Assembly (NCBI RefSeq): GCF_018350175.1
Contig: NC_058368.1
Span: forward strand, 47,988,001-48,052,000
Source of the DNA: Felis catus
Lineage: Eukaryota
DNA: 64,000 bases
Reading direction: 5' to 3'
The translations under genes were made by a program, and so were the position numbers. Each line of letters starts with the position of its first letter. Position 1 is the first letter of the stretch. The notes below the pieces were generated by a model. The model searched no databases. It saw nothing but the letters and a program-made list of their open reading frames with translations, and was not told the DNA's origin. Below are positions 45,001-56,510 of the stretch, piece by piece.

Positions 45001-48000
45001 TTGTGATTTTTGTCTCAGTTGTGTTCTTTTGTCATGCCTAAATTACCTGCCAGGGATTTTCTGTTCTTTCTTTAAGACTCAGCCCTAAAAACCATATCCA
45101 GGTGAAGCCTTCCTCCACCTCCTGGAGGGCATATGTGTCTCCATTCTTCATACCTCCATAGCATGTGGATCAGACCACGCTTGGAGTTCTTGTAAGCTAC
45201 ATCCATATGAGGAGCAGATTGGAAGGTGGGCTTCATTTTGGATTCACTGTCTGCAAGGGTAGTTTTAGGTGGAGGTGGGCAGTAGGCAGCTAGAATCCCC
45301 ATCTGTGGCTCAGGAAGAACATAGGGTTTAAGGTAAAGATATGGGAAGAATTTGCATAGAAATGGTCTTAGAATTGGATTAAATTTAGGGGGAAATAATG
45401 ACTCAGTTTAGAACACGTTAAGTTTCAGAAGTCTGTAAGACATTCCTGTTTTATTTTTTAAACCCCGTACTAGCTGTGGACTTAAGTCTTTAACTTACAC
45501 TCCAGATATGTCTGACTAAAAATAAAGTGTGTCGTTTGGTGAGGGGCTCAAAGTTTTTATTGGAAAAATTTTAAACATGTTTTAATATAAAACAACATGA
45601 ACCTTTTCTAAAAAATTCTAAGAGTCAGTATTTTAGTAAGATAATTGAATGCCTAATTGGGGCATATACTACTTAGGAAGCTATGGATTATAGTTATTAT
45701 TAGAAAGACGTTGCTTATGTGAAAATTGACAATTAGCCTTCAAGAGTAAGTCAATTCATGATTCAATAGATCCTGCTATGAGATAGACCCAAGTGTGTGT
45801 TGAAAGGAGCCGTTGGCCCTCCACCCAATGCCAAATCACTGAGGAATCACTCAGAAAAAGGGCAAATCTGTAAGGGCAGATGTTCTGGAAGACATAGTTG
45901 GTGTGTCTCTGGAAAAAAAAAAAAACGATTGTGAAGTGTCACAAGTTACTCTAAGTGACAATTTCAAGAAAAAAAAATTCTTTTGCTGCCAACTATATTG
46001 GGGAAGCTCTTCAGAAAGGGTTTTTTCTAAAGAGAAAAAAAAGTTACATCTTTGCTTTTGTCTCTTGCTGTTCCGAGTGTTGATAAGTCTGCAGTTAGGA
46101 TGGATTTTTCCATGTTGGATTCTAAATAAGAGGAGAAAGGAGGAGAGCTTGGGAGGAAAGGGGATGCATGGAGCAGAACCTGCAAGAGAGCAAGGGGGGA
46201 TGAAAGAGAGTGAAGAAAGCAATTTGGAAATGAAAACCTCTTGACAAAGTTCCAGAAGGTGGGGCTAGGGTCAGGAACAGAGGGAGGAGGAATGTTCATA
46301 GAGGAAGGTGCTAGAGTGATGAGCATAGAGGCAGAAGGCTATTGAGGAAAGAAAACTGAGCATGAATCGATGATGCTATGGGAATGAAAGCAGGGAGAAC
46401 CCAGGCAGCAACGTCAAGAGGAGACATTACTGCTCGTGCCAATCCGTATTTATGAAAAGCATTAATCTCTAGGGATGATGATGAAGATGGCAAAAAAAGG
46501 ACACAGGGAATTTGACTATGAGACTGTCAGAGATCTCTAAGCAGCTTCGAAAATAATGGGACAGGATGAAGATTGGAGGTGGTCAAAGGAAGAGGAGAAA
46601 TTGGGGTGAGCGAGAGAAGAGAGGGACCAACTGAAAAGAGAGGGATGGGATGGGAGCAAGTGGTGGGTGTGCTTAGTTTTCTTTTGTTTTAGCAGGGAGG
46701 AGATCAGAAACCACTTGACGGAAGGCCATCAAGAGCCTCAGAGGAACCAAGTAGGACCCGAAAACAGAAGACCAGGAAAACCATCTTCAATAAGAGCAAA
46801 GAGTTGAAAATAGGGAATCTAGTAAAAACGGGCGAGCGATGGCTCTCAAACTTTTTCCACCATGCACACATGATTCAGAATGTTCCTATGTTCTGTGCTC
46901 TCATGGGAGTACATACTTTCTGGCAAATCAGCTGTGGTTTCACCTCATTCTCATCCACTCAAGAAAGCCTGTCAAAGTGCAAATGAGAGCGACACTGGAT
47001 CCCCTCTCACGTGGCCGAGTCTCTAGCATGCATGAGCCAGAAAACAAGAGACAGGGAAGGTCTAGAGTATGGATTAAGGGGATAATGTGCTATCAGGGAA
47101 ATGGACAGGGGGCTTTTGTGTCTCAGCCATTTGAGGTTGAGAGAAAAGGAAGGGGGGAGAGGGGGGGCCTGAGAGAACCTCTCTGATGAAGTTATTCAAA
47201 GAACCGAGCCTTGAGCAGTAAAAAACAAAATGTGTTAACGGAGAAACTTGGATGGGGGTGAGAGTGAACACTGGGGAGCTCTGAGAAGATGGAGAGAATA
47301 CGAGCCAAAACCCAGGCAGTGCGACAGGGAAGAAATGGTGGGGAGACACAGAATCTGGGAAGGAGTCCTCAGAGCAGAGATGGGAAAGCTGTCGGCTCTG
47401 TCGGTGTTTCACTGTTGGGCAGAGAGCAGGCATCGCCCCAAGATCCAGGGGCCGGCCTGGGTGACCCAGGGTCCGCCCAGGTTGCGGGGTGGTCCTTAAA
47501 AGCAGTCTTTTTGTTCTTTGGTGATAACAGACTGGTGGGTCAGATATACCAGTTTTTTTCCCCTCTGTCCCCTTCTGTCAAATTATGAAAGCTTCATGGG
47601 CAATGTGTGTTTTTAAGTTTTAAGCACCACTCAATCAGAGGGGATTTTCCACAAGGACTTACAAAAATGCAGATTACACTGTAAAAATGCTTTTCAGCCA
47701 ATAAAAGTCCTGTTTTACTGAGCAAATTTCTTTATGATGTTTAACTTTGGTTCAGGTTCTGATTCCGAGAAATGAAATTTGGTGGAGTGAAAAGGAAAAA
47801 CAACGTGGAAAGAAGAAAACCCCAAGATAGCCATTTAAAACCCCACAATCAGACCTTGTTTATGTGATATGGACTCAGAGCTTTCTCTTCAAAAATGCAT
47901 GCGATTAAGAAAATACTTTGAGAACCTAATAATAGGTCCTTGAAACCTGAGATCCACCTCTCATCTTTCTAACTCTTGGGAACGCAGTTAATAAGAATGT

Positions 48001-49143
48001 ATGTTTTTAATACACCGATTCTTAGCAACAAAGTAGTTCTTTAATTAGTACAAAACTCGAATAATGCATTGCCTATTATCGTGTACTGCACGTAACATTT
48101 GGTAACTTGTACTGGCAGATTCGTTTACATATGTCACCACTGTACCTGTAATTTAGCTTAATGCCAGGTCAGTGTGCCAAGTGTGTGTGTCTGTTTTTAA
48201 AGCTTTCCCCAACAGTCGTTTCATGGGCCTTCGCAGTAGTAACTGAAACAGTGTCTGTATTAGGAAATCGTAATCAGTCAAAATGACTGTCTCTTGCAGG
48301 GATCCACTATAGTCTTCACTCGCACGAGGGCAATGAGTGGCTCACTTTTGAGAGAATTACTTAGTATTATCTTAAAAAATGGGAAATACCGGCCGAAGGT
48401 GTAGTCAGTACGGTCAGTCTGTAATTTTGCCGAGGGAGATGCTTGGTGTCTTGTAAGTGAATTAAGTCAAAATCAAAGCGTGGGACTTGAAATATACTTG
48501 AGACCTGGTCAGATGGTTAAGGCACAGGACAGACCAGATGTAGTGATCTGACGAATCCTTTTTGGTGTAAGTCGTTCTAATTTCTCACATCACCACATGC
48601 AGTTTTCTGGTGTCGGGAATCACTTCTTGACAGAGAAATCAAGCTTCTCCCACGTGACCAATTTGCCCCAAAGGAGGATGCCTGAAAGAGAATGCCTGCC
48701 AGTCCCTTTCTGTCCCGATGTCTGTCACAGTGGTCTCTACAGGTGTTGCGGCTGGAAGCGTCAGAAGAGAAAGGACTCCAAAAAACATGAGGAAACCTCA
48801 ACTCGCAACTATTTAAAAGTACCCTCCTCTCTCTTGAACCGTCAGTAGGAAGTGTGTGGTTTATTCCCTCACTCCACACCGGATTTAAATGGGCAGATAG
48901 CAGCAGGATTTTAAAAGTTTTTCACCATGACTTAAGTCTCTAAGATTTAGAGTATTTTGTTTGTCTGACTGTCTCACCAGTACAAACCTTCGCCATCAAT
49001 ATTAGAATGGAGAATTCCTTCCTTTGGAATTCACAAGCATAACATACATAATCCTTTATCTCTGGCAAAGCTATTAGCTTCTTGGCCTTTGGCTGGTAGA
49101 TGTATACAGTATCTATAGTTATTGCATGCGAGTGTTCTCAACT

Positions 49144-49275
49144 NNNNNNNNNNNNNNNNNNNNNNNNNNNNNNNNNNNNNNNNNNNNNNNNNNNNNNNNN
49201 NNNNNNNNNNNNNNNNNNNNNNNNNNNNNNNNNNNNNNNNNNNNNNNNNNNNNNNNNNNNNNNNNNNNNNNNNNN
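49144..49275. other. N-run (132 N) in otherwise unique sequence
   Basis: Directly visible. Confidence 0.98.
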
Positions 49276-50769
49276 GAATCAAAGGTAAACAGGGAGCCAG
49301 CTCTCATTTAAATATGTAGCATCGAGATCTTGCCTCCACTTTCACAGTTGTAGCAGCAGAAGAAAAACAACAGTCGAAGTAAGAAAAAGGTTTCCTTGGC
49401 AAGGATGCCAAACTAAATAACGACACCCAAAGCAAAAACATGCTTCACTGAAACTAAACTTCAGTCAAGTCAGCCTGCTTAAAACAAAGCTTTTTTTGTG
49501 ATTTCAAAAGTGAACATTGTACTTTGCTCTGGCAGCCATTTCTGTGTTTTTGAATGATCCGATTATGCATAAATCCCCGGCCTACAGGTCTTTCAGCACC
49601 TCTATCCCGCGAGTGATTTGAAAACATGACTGAGAATTTCTATATACAGTGCCTGCCCTTTTCTTCCTCTTAACCTTTTGAAATATACACTTTGACTCCA
49701 CTGTTTTGACATACATTGTCATTGTGTGTTTTCTCTCTCTCTCCCTTTCTCTCTCTCTTTTATTGCTCTGGAAATATTTATAGGACATCGGGGTCTCTGC
49801 TTCCTGTTCCCTCGAAGCTCATGTTCTTCATCACCCTGCCATTCACGTCTTGCTACGGTGCTACGGACTTCACTGGGACAGATTTGAAGTAGCCATATGC
49901 GTCTGCCTTTGTGGTTTGTCCAGTTTGTAGTAAAGAGACAGCAAACAAAAATCAGTTTTGTCGTTGTTGTTGTTCTTAAATAATTAAAGCTGTGATGTTA
50001 AGGCCTTTATTTGAACAATGGCATGTGTGCTTGGCTGGTGAGTAGCCGATGGACTAACAGCATAAAATGGTACCCGTTTGAGAACACAAGGCCACATCGT
50101 GGCTTGGAAGGGGTTAAAGAAGCAGAGGAACACTTACCGGGCTCCACGTTTCTTTGGAAAGGCTCCGAACTAGCAATGCTGGCACGATCTGCTCTGCTTA
50201 CACCGTGAATAAAGTCCTAGAGTAATGGTCACTTGACTTCCTTCCCCCTAAAAACTGGAGACATCTCCCCATGGTTTTGGCTAAATTCCTAAATGCACCA
50301 TCGTATTGTGTCTCGGGAGTTCCCGCTGATGTCAACAGGATACATTCCTTACCTCACTCTAGGACACCATCTGGCAGCTCTCTATTAATGCTCGTTTGGC
50401 AGAACGAGTTGATTGAGGGTTGCCTTCCCCACTGGGACCTTGAAGGTGTGAATGACAAGCATGCTGAAGCCAGAAATGATGCTTTGAACCGGGGCAGATG
50501 CTCCTCGGGGTGGGGGGGGGGGGGGAGGGAGGGCTGCTGCAGAAACTGCAAGGCTAATTCTCCATAAGTTGCCCCAATGCCCCAGTATAGTCATAAACTG
50601 ATCTCTCAAAGCCAACTCTGGGATAGGGTAAGTCCACGAACCATCATGCGACTTCCCTGAAAAGTTCTTGTTGCTAAGACCCGCTTTTAAGAAGAATAGA
50701 TAACTATATTTAGAGATAGAAAACTCTGTGGATCTCTATCGTGTGTGTATGTGTGTGTAAAACTGCACT

Positions 50770-51800
50770 CTCCTGGTTTTTCCTCCTACCCTTGTGACAA
50801 CTTGTTCTCAATCTCTTTTGCTCTTTCTTCTCATTCTAGATGTTCTAGTGAGATAACATTATCTACTGGTAGAGTTTCAATTGCTTACTATATAATAAGT
50901 ACTCACAAATGCAATCTCAAGGCAACACTGCTCATTAGGGTTTGGAGTCACATATCCGACTAATTACTAGACAGCTGCTCTTCAATGTCCTGTTGACCCC
51001 CTTCTATCCTGTGACCTGTGACCTGCATCTCAGTGAATAATATCACCCTTACCACATTTGTTCAAGCCATAAACCTGAGAGTCCTTCCGATTCTTCCTCT
51101 TCCCTTACTTCCCACATCTAATCAAACGAGGCCCTATCGACTCTTCCTCTCCAAAATCTCTTAGATCTACCCATTTCACTCCACCTTCTCTGGCACATGC
51201 AGTCCATGACTCTGCACCATTTCCTGCCTGGCTTATTAGCTGGGCTCTTTGCCTTCAGCCCCGGAAACTGACCTCTCTAAACTATAACTCAAATCTGCCA
51301 GTCTTAAAACCTGCCTTAAAGCCATCAATGGCTCCCTCTTGCTCTTAGCATAAAAGCTAAACCTTCTAACATAGTTTACAAAGTCCATACATCCTTGAAC
51401 TCTGATTCCCTCATGGCCTTAACTCTTTACCCTTCACCTCTTAATGCCACACTTCAGATGCCACACTTCAGATTTACTTCTCCATCTTCCCTCATTCTGA
51501 TTGTTGCCTTTTACCTGGTTATCTTAACTCCTCACATGTGGATGATGCACTGAACTTCAAGTCTTGTTTCTACGAGGCTGTGCTTAGGAATCCTTCTCTA
51601 ATGTTTCAGCTCCAAGTTATAGCACTTCCTATTGCCCCTCTATACTCCAGCACATCATACATTTATCTCTGTGCATGATGGTCTCTTTAGGAGTTTCTAT
51701 TTTTCACCCTTCCCCCACCAGGAGGACAATGACTTGCCAAATGTCCAATATGTACTATGTAGTTAATAAATATTTTGATAAAAAAAGAACAAATGAATTC
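50770..51800 (+). mobile_element. L2 3' region
   Basis: CTCAGTGAATAATATCACC...TTCAAGCCATAAACCTGAGAGTCCT...CCCACATCTAATCAA...ATAAAAGCTAAACC...TAATAAATATTTTG. Confidence 0.7.
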
Positions 51801-52329
51801 ATCAAAATAGGAGCCATCAATACTAACAGGCTCCAACTCATCGGGTAAGGCAAATATGTCTCTTTCATTCTTGAATCCAGTGCTAGTAGAATCAAATTTA
51901 ATTGAACAGAAAGAAAATGAGGGAAATGGTAGGTCTTTCAGGATTCTTAGAGATCATCCTCATTTGATGGGCGAAATAACAAAGTCCCAGAGAGTGTAAG
52001 TTATTTCATTATCATACCAGAGGATGACTCCTTTTACTCCTGAGCCAGTATCCTATTTTTTCAGGCATTAACATTTCCGCTGCTTTGAGATATATGAAAT
52101 GGTAACCCACTTTTTGAGTTTGCTTGTTTTAATGTTTCTTTTCTGGCTATTACTAAGTTGAACATAGTTCTGTTATTTATTGGCCAAGGTAGGTTTCTCT
52201 TTATTCAGCTGCCTGTTTGTATCATTTGTTCATTTCATATTAGATCATTTTTTTCTTATACATTTTTAGGAATTCTTTATACATTCTGCATACTAATTCT
52301 TAGCCATTTGACTTGCAAATATCCAGTAA

Positions 52330-52660
52330 ATTTGAACATATATACAATCTGTGACCGGTAGTTCCATGCTTAGGCAAATACTTTTGAGAGAGTCTCTCGC
52401 ACATGGCCAAAGAAACATTTAAGAAGATTGTTCTTGTGGTGCTAAAGGCACAAAATTGGAAATAGCCTAAATGTATATTCCGTAAATGAATAAATCACCA
52501 ATTTATGGTATACTCACATATTGGAAATGGAAGCTTAAATTTATGAAGTGGCTGTACACATTGTTAGCATTGATGAAGTCAGAAAATATGTTGCCCCCCA
52601 AAGCAAATAACAAATCAATACACAGTATTCCATATACATACAATGTCACAAAACAATTCT
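52330..52660 (+). mobile_element. Old L1 (L1ME-like) 3' fragment
   Basis: CAAAATTGGAAATAGCCTAAATGT...ATAAATCACC...ATGGTATACTCAC...AAATATGTTG. Confidence 0.55.
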
Positions 52661-52884
52661 TTAAAAAATATACTTTTTAATGTTTATTTATCTTTGACAG
52701 AGAGAAAAAGAGAGACAGAGAGCAAGCAGGGTAGAGGCAGAAAGAGGGAGACACAGAATCTGAAGCGGGCTCCAGGCTCCGAGCTGTCAGCACAGAGACT
52801 GATTCGGGGCTCGAACTCATGAACCATGGGAACATGACCTGAGCCGAAGTGGGACGCTTAACCAACTGAGCCACCCAGGTGCCC
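52661..52884 (-). mobile_element. Felid Can-SINE
   Basis: Canonical body; perfect 14-bp TSD CACAAAACAATTCT at 52647-52660 and 52885-52898. Confidence 0.96.
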
Positions 52885-53399
52885 CACAAAACAATTCTCA
52901 ATAATGTTTATAAGTACATATACGTAAGGTAAAAGCAAAAGACAGAATGCACATCTTTGAGGCCTGGAAAAACAAGATGAGTTGGAAGAGCTTAGAGAAG
53001 AAGCAGAGTTCTAGTGATGAGAGAAGTTTCTAGTAAAGAGGGTGGTGGGACAACGCAGACCATGAAATACCTTGCTAGCTGACACAGAGTTGGAAAGAGT
53101 TGTAGACTTATAAACATTGTAATTCCTGGAAGGAGAAACCTATCAGTGGGAATAATAATGTTTGATTATACCTTTATGACCCATTTATATGAATAGATTA
53201 TAAGAGATGAAAAGGAACTCAAAGCTCATCTTGAAGTTCAACTCCTTCATTTTAGCAACAGAGAAAATAGGCTTAGAAAAGTCAAAGTGTAAAGATAAGG
53301 GAAGATAGTTTGTGCTAGAATACTGGGCTACAATGAATCTAGTCATTCAATATATATGTTACTGGCTGACTTCTTAATTGGTGGGTCGCCTAATTGTAC

Positions 53400-54230
53400 C
53401 ATAGCCATAGTAGGTTTGGAAAAGACTGGAGCAGAGAATAGATACATTTTGATTAGGTATGGATTTGTTTTGATGAATGGGCCATAACAAGGTAGAGTTT
53501 TGAACATCAAATAGGTATCGCCAAGTGGGCAGTTGCCTGTGATATGGGGTGTTTTAGAATGGGGAGACATAGGACATTATAGGGGTCATTGGAGTTAAAC
53601 TACCTCACAGTTTTGCCTGGATAAGTCCTATTTGCTAGCTGATCGATATCACATTGGAACCATTTGGACCCTTATGGCTCCAATAAAGATTATCTCATTA
53701 GGTAGCCCAAGGCCAAGAGATAACTATAAGGTCCCTCTGTGATGACCTTACAGAAGTTGACCTAAGGGGTCACCACCATTGATGGGTTATTTTTGACTTT
53801 TCTAAGGGTTTTCTTCTGGTATGGCAGGTTGTGAGATCAGAGAAACACCAGTGATGTCCACCTTTGTCTTGGTGACATCTACCTCAGGCTCACTGCCGGT
53901 TCCAGTCCAGATAAAGGTAAAGGAGGCAGCATAAACCACTTTGTCTAAGTTAGCTCATTCATCAGCTTTCCCATCATAATTGACCTCACATTCCCTCAGA
54001 GATACTGGTCTATGGACACCAGAGAAGCTGGATATCTCCTTTGACATAAACATATGGGGTTGGTCAGAGATGAGATTCTTTTGAAGGTATCTTCAGGAGT
54101 TTCTTCCACAACATATCAATACTATGATGAATCAGATTAGCTAATTGCATTTTAAAAGGAATAGGGAGTTTGTCCTAAAGCAGAGATGTAAGACTGGCAG
54201 GTTTCAGCATGTTGATGATAGGCTAGACCA
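53400..54230 (+). mobile_element. Highly decayed RTE-clade LINE remnant (RT core)
   Basis: Ordered degenerate motifs: GD..GHYRG (cf. GDRSDCGNYRGISLL), FAWI (LARI), QE..VDL..DGL (QEKC..VDLTKAFD..DGLW), PVPVQIKVKE (PFPVTNGVKQG), MMNQIS (LMNRFS); manual alignment only. Confidence 0.45.
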
Positions 54231-54284
54231 AATAAAAAACATCATAGCTTTAACCTTCTCCTGGCCAGCTCTTAGACATCTTCT

Positions 54285-54540
54285 GACATCTTCAGGTTAA
54301 GTCCCTCTATTTTATACATTCTCACAACTCTACATTTTCCTTTGTAGCACCGTTCAGTTTTTTAATTAAATACTCATTGGAATAATATGTGTTTAATGTT
54401 TGTCTGTCTAGACTGTAAACTCCATGAGTGGAGGGATCAACTCTCTCTTAGTGTTCGCAATATTCTGGAGCCCTGGCCTGGTATCAAGTTTATCATAGGC
54501 ACTCAACACTGAGTGTATACATGATTAAGTGAATGAGTAT
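54285..54540 (+). mobile_element. L2 3' terminus
   Basis: TCTAGACTGTAAACTCCATGAGTGGAGGGA...ATAGGCACTCAA...GTGAATGAGT. Confidence 0.75.
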
Positions 54541-55410
54541 AAGGAAAAAAAAAATGGAGTGGATCAAGTGTGAGTGGATACATGGATAGTAGTGGTGGAG
54601 CAGTAGGACTATGTAGGCCACCATGGGTTAGTCCCTGTCTTTCAAGCAATCAACCAGGGGTGAGGCAAGAAGCAGCAAATGTTTTAGGGGCAGAACAGAA
54701 AACTCCCTGGCTCATTGGGGGGTACCAAGAACCTGTTTCTGAGAATAAAGGAAATTATTCCTGGAGAATAATTATTATCCAGTTATCTCTGGAGGTATTC
54801 CAAAGTCAATTTTGCCTATTTAAAATTTTTTCCTGGGTTAGCCACACCACAATGCTCTGAGTGATTACTGCGATGTCACCCTGCAGCCTCAAAAGACAAT
54901 GATGTCTAAAGAAGGACCATGAGAGTGTTTCTTCAAATGTAGATTTGGTCCTTATGGAGTTTGTAAGATTGGACCCTGTTAATCCTCAAATCTTAACACA
55001 ATGGTTCCTTGTAACCAGCATTGTCTTTTATGACTTAATTGAACTACCCATTAGTTAGATGACTCAGAACAAAAAGGCATTACGTAAATATGAAATATTA
55101 TTACTATACCATAACCATTTGATTCCAGATGACTTACCTTAAAGAACAGTGTATTCACTTCCACTTTCCCATGACATTTAAGGCTTGGTTTATGAGATTC
55201 CCAGAATGGGATGTTCAAAAAATTTAGAACATAGAATTTAGTTGTCTGTGTGATCTAGCTACCTCCCTGTTTATGTGCTATGTACATTGGTCAAAAATAT
55301 AGTAGTCTTATATGATGTGAAATATTTTATCTTTGGTTCTGGATTGAGGAATATAGATGTGAGTTTCATAGTGATCACCACTGTTCTTTACTTTAAAAAT
55401 CAATATTTCA

Positions 55411-55576
55411 GGGGTGCCTAGTTGGCTCAGTTGGTTAAGCGTCCAACTCTTGATTTTGGCTCAGGGCATGATCTCATCGTTTGTGGGATCAAGCCCTGTG
55501 TTGAGCTCTGGGCTGACAGCATGCAGCCTGCTTGGGATTCTCTCTCTCCTTCTCTCTCTGCCCTTCCCCTGCTCTC
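55411..55576 (+). mobile_element. Can-SINE lacking its A tail
   Basis: GGGGTGCCTAGTTGGCTCAGTTGGTTAAGCGTCC...GCCTGCTTGGGATTCTCTCTC...CCCCTGCTCTC, then unique sequence. Confidence 0.88.
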
Positions 55577-55911
55577 CGGTCCAGAGTAAACTAAGAACTC
55601 CAAGTTAGTGTTGCTTCTTTTGAAAATGTTGTGTGCACTTACAAGTTAGAGGGTTTTTCTTTTTTTCTTTTCTTTTCTTTTTTTTTGTATATGAAAATTT
55701 ATTCTCATGTTTTCGTCATCAAAACTTATGATCTTGGTCTTTCCTTCTTGCCTTTGTCTAAGGCCAAAAGAGAGACATTGCCTACTTTGACAACCTTAAA
55801 GTGAACTCTAGGAATATCACCAACAGTATGGCCTTTGCAACCAAATCCAGCAACCAGAACCTCATCATTTTCCTCGATAAAAATTCAAACCATAATTGGG
55901 CACAAAGCTTG

Positions 55912-55947
<36 letters not shown>

Positions 55948-56169
55948 ATTCTTGATCAGCTGGACCCTGACATACTTCCTGATGGCAGAATTTGGCTGTT
56001 TGGCCTTCAACACTTTTTCCAGATGTGCTGTTTTTCTAATAAGGGGGTATCATTAGTATTTTCAAAAATATAAGCTCTCTGACTTCCTTTTGTTTACATT
56101 GAATTTGCTTATAGCAACATGAAAGCTTTTTCTTCTTTTTTGAAATAGACAATGATCTAAATTTCTTTA

Positions 56170-56510
56170 AAGTGATAGACTTTATTTTTAAAAGCAATTT
56201 TAGGTTTTCAGAAAAATTGAGCACAAAGTACCGAGTTTCCATTATTTTCTCTCTCCTCTGTCCCTGAAGTTCCTCCTATTATTAACATTTTGCATTAGAG
56301 TGGTACATTTTTTACGAGTGATGAACCAATATCGATGCATCATTATTAATTAAAATTCAAAGTTTATATTAAGTTTCACTCTGTGTCATTCAGTTCTAAT
56401 GGTTTTGACAAATGCCATGTAACCATTACAGTAATATATAGAATAATTTTCCTACCCTAAAAATCTCCTGTGCTTTACCTATTCACCCTTCCTGCCCTTC
56501 CCCAAATGCC
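56170..56510 (-). mobile_element. L1MC1/2-like 3' end
   Basis: TAGACTTTATTTTTAAAAGCAATTTTAGGTTTTCAGAAAAATTGAGCACAAAGTAC...TTAACATTTTGCATTAGAGTGGTACATTT...GATGAACCAATATCGATGCATCATTA. Confidence 0.8.

Noticed and set aside
48597-48848. Lys/Arg-rich ORF tail RCCGWKRQKRKDSKKHEETSTRNYLK considered as a coding exon
   Set aside because: Weak acceptor, no convincing donor, no recognisable homology; kept only as part of the non-coding block
40560-54230. Recent horizontal transfer of BovB as an explanation for the RTE-like pieces
   Set aside because: The remnants are riddled with stops and indels and are barely recognisable, which fits ancient vertical inheritance
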